Position numbers and translations under genes: made by a program. The notes beneath the pieces were generated by a model. The model ran no database searches. It was not told where the DNA came from and saw nothing but the letters and a program-made list of their open reading frames with translations. From Macrostomum lignano (lineage: Eukaryota), in NCBI GenBank assembly GCA_002269645.1, contig NIVC01001674.1, positions 62,001 through 126,000 of the forward strand: a stretch of 64,000 nt of DNA, read 5' to 3'. Below, piece after piece: positions 53,086-60,797 of the stretch; within the stretch, counting starts at the first letter, position 1, and each line of letters starts with the position of its first letter.

Positions 53086-54621
53086 TCAGATTTCTTCTAT
53101 TTTAATATCAGTTTCTGGTGTAAAGATAATCCGTTTGATATTAGGTAATTTCATAGCCTCTATTCCCCAATCTTCGTTCTTCAATTTCTTTACCTGTATA
53201 AGTTCGAAGCTGGTGAAATTTGAGTCGACCTTGTACACTTTGTCCTCTTTGGGTAACAGGTATCCAGTTCGATTCGAGCAGTCCTGAAAGGTGGGGTGCT
53301 CGGTCTCAATTTCCATAGTTCTTACGTCCAAAAATCCTGTACGGTTGGTTTCCGCTACTTTGTACTTCAACGGAGGTTTGGAGAAACATCGGCTTTGATT
53401 CCAGTGTGGTTGATGGAATTCGAAGTCGGTCACTGGGATGCATTTGAAGATTACGACATGCTGAGCTATCGTTCTGGCCTTGAGGTTCTTGTCTTTGAAC
53501 AGTGTCCTCACCGCTAGTGTTGGTTGCATCCTTATGAAGTCTTTAATGTATCTAAAAATGGTCTGTTGGAGTCGGCATTGTTGAAGGATTACATGACGAG
53601 TCAGATCACCAATTCTGTTTTCCATTGTAAGTTCAACACTCTGTAATTTCGCTGCTAGAGTTTCCTGTGATACCAAGTCTCTCTTTGTCCTCTTTGCTGT
53701 GCTAGAGTTATTAAAATTACCTTGTACTATCGATAAGAATTCTGCTTCGGATCCTTCTAGTTTAACCAACTTTCCTTGTTCTGACCTGAATAGTTTAGTT
53801 GTCGTTCCTCCGCATTTCAGCTCCATTGAGTGTGGTGGGTGTTTAAAAGTCAAAGCGTAGGTAGCGTCCTTGGACATGAACCATCCTGTGTGTATGGTTC
53901 CTTCAATTCGCCTGTCTTCCTGGTACGGGCAGTCAATTGCAGCGCTGGGTGTCCAGGCATATCTGTACTGGCGTTCTCCAGCGACCTTGAATGTTGTGTC
54001 GTAGTATCTCAGAGCTTCCCATAATTTATTGGGTACTTGTCTCTCCAACGGCGCATCCTTCTCGGCCTGTAGAGTGGACTCGTGAAGACATTTTCCTATG
54101 GTGTAATTGCAATGTCCTAGTGGGATATATAGTGATGACATTTTCTTATTCTCCACGAAGAACGGAATTTTCGTTATCAGCGTGGACGCTGATTTCGTAT
54201 ATCTAGTTTGGGTACTAGCCGTTGGGTCGAATTCCTCTGTTGTCCAGATGTGAGTAGTAAAGCGTTCAGCTTTGTTCGGGGCTTTCCCATCTTCTTCGAG
54301 GATGCCATCTGGTGTTCGGTAACCTTCCTCCCAGGACTCACAATCTTCCTCTGAAACTAGATGTTTCTGTACCGTAACAGTCATTTCTGGTCTTACCACT
54401 TTGGCAGCAATCGTTTTCAGTGCTACGCTGGTGAAGACATACGTTTCTCGGTAACAGATCTTGAGTGTTGATCGGTGAGTGACCTGGTTTGGTCTAAAGA
54501 TTGTCAGGTTGATCGGCTGTCGGTGCTGCTGTATACTGCTAGGCATCTTGCACTCGATGTCCGGTGGCAGCTTGAAGATCTGTGGCCTGGAGGGCTCCGG
54601 GCAGTACATCGGTGTGTCCAC
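53086..54621 (-). CDS. env: Envelope glycoprotein ectodomain, class III (herpes gB/chuvirus-like) type by motif
   Basis: 511 aa, Cys-rich, at least 7 N-x-S/T sequons, furin site RTKR. QQC..MQPTLAVRTLF..AR....VIFKCIPV resembles the gB-type fusogen core. In frame with both neighbours. Confidence 0.8.
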   Translation of the reverse strand: MDTPMYCPEPSRPQIFKLPPDIECKMPSSIQQHRQPINLTIFRPNQVTHRSTLKICYRETYVFTSVALKTIAAKVVRPEMTVTVQKHLVSEEDCESWEEGYRTPDGILEEDGKAPNKAERFTTHIWTTEEFDPTASTQTRYTKSASTLITKIPFFVENKKMSSLYIPLGHCNYTIGKCLHESTLQAEKDAPLERQVPNKLWEALRYYDTTFKVAGERQYRYAWTPSAAIDCPYQEDRRIEGTIHTGWFMSKDATYALTFKHPPHSMELKCGGTTTKLFRSEQGKLVKLEGSEAEFLSIVQGNFNNSSTAKRTKRDLVSQETLAAKLQSVELTMENRIGDLTRHVILQQCRLQQTIFRYIKDFIRMQPTLAVRTLFKDKNLKARTIAQHVVIFKCIPVTDFEFHQPHWNQSRCFSKPPLKYKVAETNRTGFLDVRTMEIETEHPTFQDCSNRTGYLLPKEDKVYKVDSNFTSFELIQVKKLKNEDWGIEAMKLPNIKRIIFTPETDIKIEEI

Positions 54622-56289
54622 TCAGTTCTGGTGTCTTGGGTTTATCGTCTCCGCCGTGGTACAGAGCAATGCGAAGAGTAGTATTTTCAGCAGGAGTGCG
54701 CATGTCGGTCCGGCTGGGGCCTTCCAGCCTTCGCTAGCCTGTTTAGCCCTCTGCTCTCGCTTTCGTCCTTCGAGCTGTTGAGCGGTCTGAACTAGGGCGA
54801 TTGTCGCCGTCTTGTTCTTCCTGTTCTGTCGTCTTGCCTGTATGACGTCGCTCCTCGCCCGTGTCGGCGTTGTCGCTTCCATCGTGCTAATTGCCATGAT
54901 GTGCGCTGACTGGCTGGGCTCAATCGCCAATTGAGCTGGCTGCGGACTGGGGTCCTGGGCCGTGACTTCGGCGATCCGCTTTGGCTGCTGCCATTGCTGC
55001 GGATACCGTCCTTGATCACCCTGGCGTGGTCGGCCGCATTCCGATGTCCAATGGTTCTGCATGTTACAGTTCTTGCAATATCGCTGGCCTCTGCACTCCT
55101 TTGCAATGTGGCCTCTCTTTCCGCATTTGTTGCACTTAACGTTACCTCGATCTTGTCTGCCCTGTGACTGCACTTGGCCCCCGGTACTCTTACCGATGTT
55201 CCGGTTACCGATGTTCCGGTTCCTTTGGTAGCACCTGTTGGCTGTGTGGCCTATCTTGTCACAGAGTTGGCATGTCGGCCTTGGGTTGCCGTCTGGGTAC
55301 TTGGTTGCGGCTTCCTTCTGTGGCTGTTGAGCTCGATCTTGGGTGCGCCGGTCCGCTTGCCTGATTGTCGTCTCCATCTGTGCTACCATGGCTGTCAGCT
55401 TGCGTACGTCGTTGGAGTCGTGTTCCAGCTCTCGCAGTGCTTGCCATTGAAGTGCTTCACGCACCATCTCCGGGACCGTCTGGTAACGTCCTCTGGCTAG
55501 ATATAGTCGCAATGCCGGTGTGGCATTCTGTTGCGCGTGCAGCATGATGTGGTCTTGGACTATGCGTTTGTTGCGGTTGATTCTTGCGCCTCTGTCGTTC
55601 TCATTCTCACCCTCCGGTGCTGGTTCTTGGAACACTGAGTTCTCGACTAGTTGTGTGATGTCGGCAATGAACTTGTTAACATCCTCTCCTGGATGCATCC
55701 TCCTCATGGAGAGTTGGAGTACTGCCGTGGGTCGATCCATCGCTCTGGTGTCATACAGCTCTCGGAGTTGTGTTCTCACCTGTCCGTAGTCTTCTCGGAC
55801 AGCTTGTGGGAGTCCCGCGTATTGATTACGGGCGTTAGGACGCAGCATGAGTGGTAGTAGTCGGCACTTCTCTTCGTCCGTTAGGCCATATGTCGCTGTC
55901 TGTAGTTCAAACTCCGTCAGCCATTTGACAAATGGCTGTCCCATTTCGTAGTCTCCTGCCGACAGTTTTAGAGCCTGGACAATGGCTGGTAGGTCCCTGC
56001 CGTGTGCCATGGCGAGACGCTGCTGTAGTTCTCGGACTTGGTTCTGGAGATCATCCATTGCGTTGTCCTCGTTTTCCGAGTCTGATGAGTGCTCGTTGTT
56101 GTCTTCCCACTCGTCGTTGTGGTCTAGCTGGTCTTCTCGCTGATCTAACTGATCTTGTGGCTGTTGTTGTTGATCAACGTCTCCGGGTTCTGGAGTTCTG
56201 TCAGTACCTGTTTGAATGTCTTGGTTTAGAGCTTCGTTATTCATATACTGATATTCCGGTCTATTGGTTCTTTGCGGAGTTGGCCGCAA
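54622..56289 (-). CDS. gag: Gag (capsid-like domain, three CCHC knuckles) ending in a signal-peptide-like segment
   Basis: Likely ATG at 56244; FVKWLTEFE..LTDEEKCRLL capsid-like region; CQLCDKIGHTANRC, CNKCGKRGHIAKEC, CKNCNMQNHWTSEC; C-terminal ALLLKILLFALLCTTA/ET. Confidence 0.93.
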   Translation of the reverse strand: MRPTPQRTNRPEYQYMNNEALNQDIQTGTDRTPEPGDVDQQQQPQDQLDQREDQLDHNDEWEDNNEHSSDSENEDNAMDDLQNQVRELQQRLAMAHGRDLPAIVQALKLSAGDYEMGQPFVKWLTEFELQTATYGLTDEEKCRLLPLMLRPNARNQYAGLPQAVREDYGQVRTQLRELYDTRAMDRPTAVLQLSMRRMHPGEDVNKFIADITQLVENSVFQEPAPEGENENDRGARINRNKRIVQDHIMLHAQQNATPALRLYLARGRYQTVPEMVREALQWQALRELEHDSNDVRKLTAMVAQMETTIRQADRRTQDRAQQPQKEAATKYPDGNPRPTCQLCDKIGHTANRCYQRNRNIGNRNIGKSTGGQVQSQGRQDRGNVKCNKCGKRGHIAKECRGQRYCKNCNMQNHWTSECGRPRQGDQGRYPQQWQQPKRIAEVTAQDPSPQPAQLAIEPSQSAHIMAISTMEATTPTRARSDVIQARRQNRKNKTATIALVQTAQQLEGRKREQRAKQASEGWKAPAGPTCALLLKILLFALLCTTAETINPRHQN

Positions 56290-57437
56290 ATGATATGAAT
56301 GTAAGTGATGCGTATTTAATCAGCTTGACTTCAACAAAATGTCTTGTCAGTGTGCACTCTGATCTATCTTAAGATCTCACAAAAGTTTAAGTGAAATTCA
56401 AATATGAGAAAAGGGGCAGAGGTATCGGATACGTTTCCGGCCAGGTGGTGCTGTCAATATGTAAATTATCTTGCATTTTGTAAATAAATGAGTGCATTTT
56501 TTGTCTCGCTTGTCGTAGATATGCGCGAGGCTAAATAATATGGTTGCAGCATTTTATACACATGCACTTTTAGCGACTAAGCATTTTGCTTTCCCTCTTT
56601 CTGCCTCATTGGCTAGTTGGGCTACGCATTTCAATTTTCATTCCGAAATGCCTCGAGGTTGTCTCATGGACTGGCTACCTAGGTTGGGGGCACAAATACT
56701 TACCCTAACACGCCTTGTAGTAGATCAACAGCGCTATGGGCGGGCTGTCGCGTTTGCTGGAGAGCGGAGTCAGATAGACACAGTGTACAGAGCCTAAGTG
56801 AGTTCTTCCCCCCTCTGTGTCCGCGCAGTCCTTAGTGCCAAGAGTATGAACTCCCCTCAGAAGGTCTACTATCCTACTGAGCCTATTGAAGCGCGCTATA
56901 ATAATGAAAAGCCCTATACGGTGTACTTTTTAATGCTGCTATTCGCCTGACAGGTCCTTTACCTGTGATGAGTCGGCCGGCTCCTGCAAACTCCTTTATA
57001 GTCTAAAGTTTAATCTGTGGTAATGTTGGCCAGCGCTGCCTTAATTCTGTTAATGAGTACACCTTTTGTAATAATTCGACTATAGTCCTATTTAAACAAC
57101 TTCCTGGTAGCCCCTCGCTATTGATGTGCGGCCTTGGTGATTTGCTTCACCAGCCGCTAAATATTTCTCTACTAAGGAAAATCATACCGTAACTTTGTAC
57201 ATAACTATTCTACTTTTTTTTCTTGTTTTTAGAATTCAATCGCATTTTTTTGAGCTTTTTCAATGAGAAACGCACATGTCCTCTTACGACACGATGTATA
57301 GTATACTTAGTAAAGAAACAATTGTATGACAGCACTCATCCTGGCCTTCCGCGTTCCTTCCTCCACCGTCAGAAATTACTCAGCCATTACTGGTCGATGT
57401 CGTCAGGTTGAAAAGTGTAGACTGCTTAATAGATGAC

Positions 57438-57455
57438 TCGTAGGTCTGGGAACCA
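57438..57455 (-). promoter_or_regulatory. Primer-binding site, probably tRNA-Glu
   Basis: TGGTTCCCAGACCTACGA starts 2 nt after the 5' LTR; complementary to a tRNA ending GGGAACCA, as metazoan tRNA-Glu does. Confidence 0.75.
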
Positions 57456-57457
57456 CG

Positions 57458-58329
57458 TATAGCGCTTCAAGTTTATGTCTCTTCTTCTTCACTTGTAGTT
57501 TTCCTATAGTTTGTCTAGCGGTTTATTGCAGTCTAAAAGTCTTGAAGGCTATAACTCCTAACGACTATCGAAGCTCAGTATTTCGGCTGGTCGTAGTGAT
57601 CTCTCTAGATCGTTATCGCTGATCCTACTTGAGAAAGAACACAAACACAATGATTTTCTAGTTTATCTAAACGGAACTCGAAGTGAGTTTATAACTAACC
57701 GGAGCGGTGAATCTTTTTCCGCGCTCCGCTCCGATATATATAGTGTTTTTAAAACCCCTCGATCCGAGGGGGAGATAATACCATAGCAACAGTACGCATG
57801 GGAATTTGGGGTGAGTGAGGTCGCAGCCTCGAGTCTAGTACAGTTATTGTCATTAAACTAGTTGGTTGGCAGGCACGCCAACCCCTTTCCTTTCATCGAT
57901 CCCGCCTTCTTGTGCGGACTCGGCCTCCTCTCGATCTCGTTCCCGATCGGGTCCGGGCGGCTCCAGTTTCTGCTGGGTTGGGTCGATGCAGGCAGCTGCA
58001 GGTCGGGGTAGGCCGGGTTGATTCCGGGAGCTCCACGTCAGCACAGCTGCGTTCCGGTCTCGGGCCATTCCACGTCAGCACAGCTGCGGATCCGGTCTCC
58101 GGCAGCTCCACGTCAGCGCCTCTGCGGATCCGGTCTCGGCCAGCTCCACGTCGGCACAGCTGCTGTCATGCCGAACCGGGCCTGCGCTGAAATGAATAGT
58201 TGATCTCTGGGGGCGGATTTTGTCTAATCATTCTCCTTTCGGTTGCTCGCACCTTCTGCTGTTGCTATTTTTAGTTTTAGTTACCAACTAACGCTCACTT
58301 AAATTCCATTCAGATTTCTAAGTCTTATA
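57458..58329 (-). repeat. 5' LTR
   Basis: Begins TATAAG and ends GCTATA on the minus strand; 8 differences from the 3' LTR counted by eye. Confidence 0.97.
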
Positions 58330-60616
58330 GGTGCGTTGGTTGCCTCGAGCGGTCACCGTGGGCTTGTCCGGCAGTACAAGCCATCCGCCCATCAATTCGA
58401 CCGATTTGAATGAGCCTCCCGGTTTGATGGACTCATAGAAGGGCTGTAAAAATTGAAGTGAAGTAGGAAAGAAATGAATGCGCAAATTTAAGCCCTTTAA
58501 ATATAATTTAAGCCCTTACATATAGGCCCAAATCATTTACCTGCAGTCGTGGGTAATCCTCAACTCGGAAAACCTCTGAGCGATCAGCAAAATGCTTCGC
58601 TACCCGATCGGCCAGCACGGAAACCTTCCAGTGAGGCAACTGGAGGTTCTGAGCCACTTCCATCAGGGAGACTAGTGGACCAAAAAGGTCCTGCAGGCAC
58701 AGCAAGTCAAAAACGAAGTCGCTTCCGAACATTGCATATTGCGACTCTTCGTCATCAGAGCAGCACGGATTTTCTGCTCGAAATGCGGTGTGCAGAGCGG
58801 CGTAACTTGCCTCAATGGCGGACCACTGTCTAAAAAAAGAAGCGTAGTGGGAGGACATTAAATAAATTTTTATTTACCCTTTTCATCACCATTTTTATTA
58901 GACTATTTATTGATAATAGCTGGTACTTACTTGATTGCAGAGCTCGTGAAACGCTGGGCTGCGAAATGCGACATCGCTCGAGCTGAACCGTCTGACGCCT
59001 CTTTCAGTGCTGCCTCACCACGACCATGGCTGAAATAGGTAGCAAAAAAATTCGCTCGCTTTATAAACCGGCGCAATGACTCCCCATCAGGTCCATCGCG
59101 AACATCAGTGACGGCCAGATTCAAGTAGTGTGCCGCATCCCACATCACAGGAATCTTTTCGACGTCATCGACAGGGGCCCCGAGCTCGGTCCGAATAGCG
59201 CGGCAGAATGTGCCAGCTTGGTACTGGCCATCAGCGACGATACCCATGATGCTTGCAGTGGGCGTCTTCAACACCTGATAGATTCAAAATGATGAAATTA
59301 AGCACTCGTCTAATTTAAAGTTTAAAACTGTTAGAATCCCTTCAATCGTCCAAAAAATAATACGTTAGTGACGGTTACCTTAAGTGTCTGCATTAGTCTT
59401 TTGGCCAGGGCTTCCCCATCTGCTTGCATTGCAGAGTCGTACACAGCAGGTGCACCCGCAGGAATCGCTACGGCTTCGCCATTTTCGCAGCGAGCTAGAA
59501 GGAGTGCCGCCTGATTCGTTGTGCGGCCTGGGGTGCTTTTGTCGCAGGTGATGGTCAGCAGAGGCGGCTGTCCAGTCGAAGGCAGAGGACACCGCAGAAA
59601 CTCTGCACTTTCGTCGTTTACGCAGGCGTCTAATAACTTCCAAAGTTCTTTGCAGAATGCACTGTGTAAGGAGGGAGGGTAGGTGAAATGACAAAGTTAT
59701 TATTTATTAAGTATATCTGATTGCATTTAAATAAAATTATTTATAGTGTATAGATATGTTTGCAGGTAAACTTACAAGCCATGGCCAATCTGACCAACTT
59801 CACAATCAGACGCATCGAGCAGACTCATTAGAGTCTCGTAATGCGAACCCGCAGCAGCCATTTCAATTGTCGCAATAGCACAGCGGAGAAGGGTGCGCAC
59901 AACCTTGCCTTGTGCCGTCTGTTGTACGACTTCGGTTCGGTAGTCCTTCACAGCCGAATAGTGGGTCTTGCTTGTCAAACAGTGGTTTACGAGTTCATTG
60001 CGAAATTTGGAGAACTCGTCCACACCACTTAGCAAACCTGCGACTCGTTCGGCTGAAAGTCGTAGCCCTCTGCTGAAGGACTTATTCTTTTCAGTGGTGG
60101 TGGGGTTCCTGGAAAAGTGAAAAGCTCGGTACATTAACACCTTAAGTACTTCTTTAAGACTATCCCGTCTAAACGGACTCTACATACAGTACATATAAAA
60201 AACATTCGACTTACAGAATGCTGTAGATTTGCTCGGCTGTACAGTTGGTAGGCATCAGTTTCGACTTGCAGAGGAACGTGACACAGGGAACGCAGTTAAA
60301 AATCGAGTCACCATTCTCGCACGACTTGAGCGAACAAAACTCAAACTGCAGTAACTCAGCGAAACTATTTGTGGCCGCCACATCATCGTTGCCGAGGTCG
60401 ATTTTGGACTTATTTTCTTGATTGCTGCCCTTACTACATTTAGATGTAGCAACAGCATTGACGGATATATTTTCAAGCAGTTTTTTCATCTGCACAATCT
60501 CCTGCGTCTGTGACTCGAACGCCTTTTGCAGAGCAGTGATCTTCTTAGCCATGTTTTCTGGAGCTGGTGCTGAATCAACAGCTTCGAGTCGCAACTGTAG
60601 ACGACACTGCAGGTCT

Positions 60617-60797
60617 GTCTGCTGCTGCTGACCGGATGACTGCTGCTGACCGGATGACTGCTGCTGACCGGATGACTGCTGCTGATCGGATGACTGCTGC
60701 TGATCGGATGACTGCTGCTGATCGGATGACTGCTGCTGATCGGATGACTGCTGCTGATCGGATGACTGCTGCTGATCGGATGACTGCTGCTGCTGCT
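60617..60797 (-). repeat. 18-bp coding repeat (QQQSSD) within the transposase N-terminal exon
   Basis: GATGACTGCTGCTGATCG about 9 times, in frame. Confidence 0.9.

Larger units (their letters stand above)
45333..58329 (-). mobile_element. Full-length Ty3/Gypsy LTR retrotransposon (12,997 bp) with env between gag and pol
   Basis: Two 872-bp LTRs; TSD GGTGC (45328-45332, 58330-58334); PBS and PPT present; pol order PR-RT-RH-IN. Confidence 0.97.

Noticed and set aside
53086-54624. UGA=Trp genetic code or selenocysteine at the two internal stops
   Set aside because: The element uses TGG for Trp throughout, host genes in the window end in normal stops, and the positions are not Cys-like catalytic sites. 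I did not recognise a SECIS, though none was computed.
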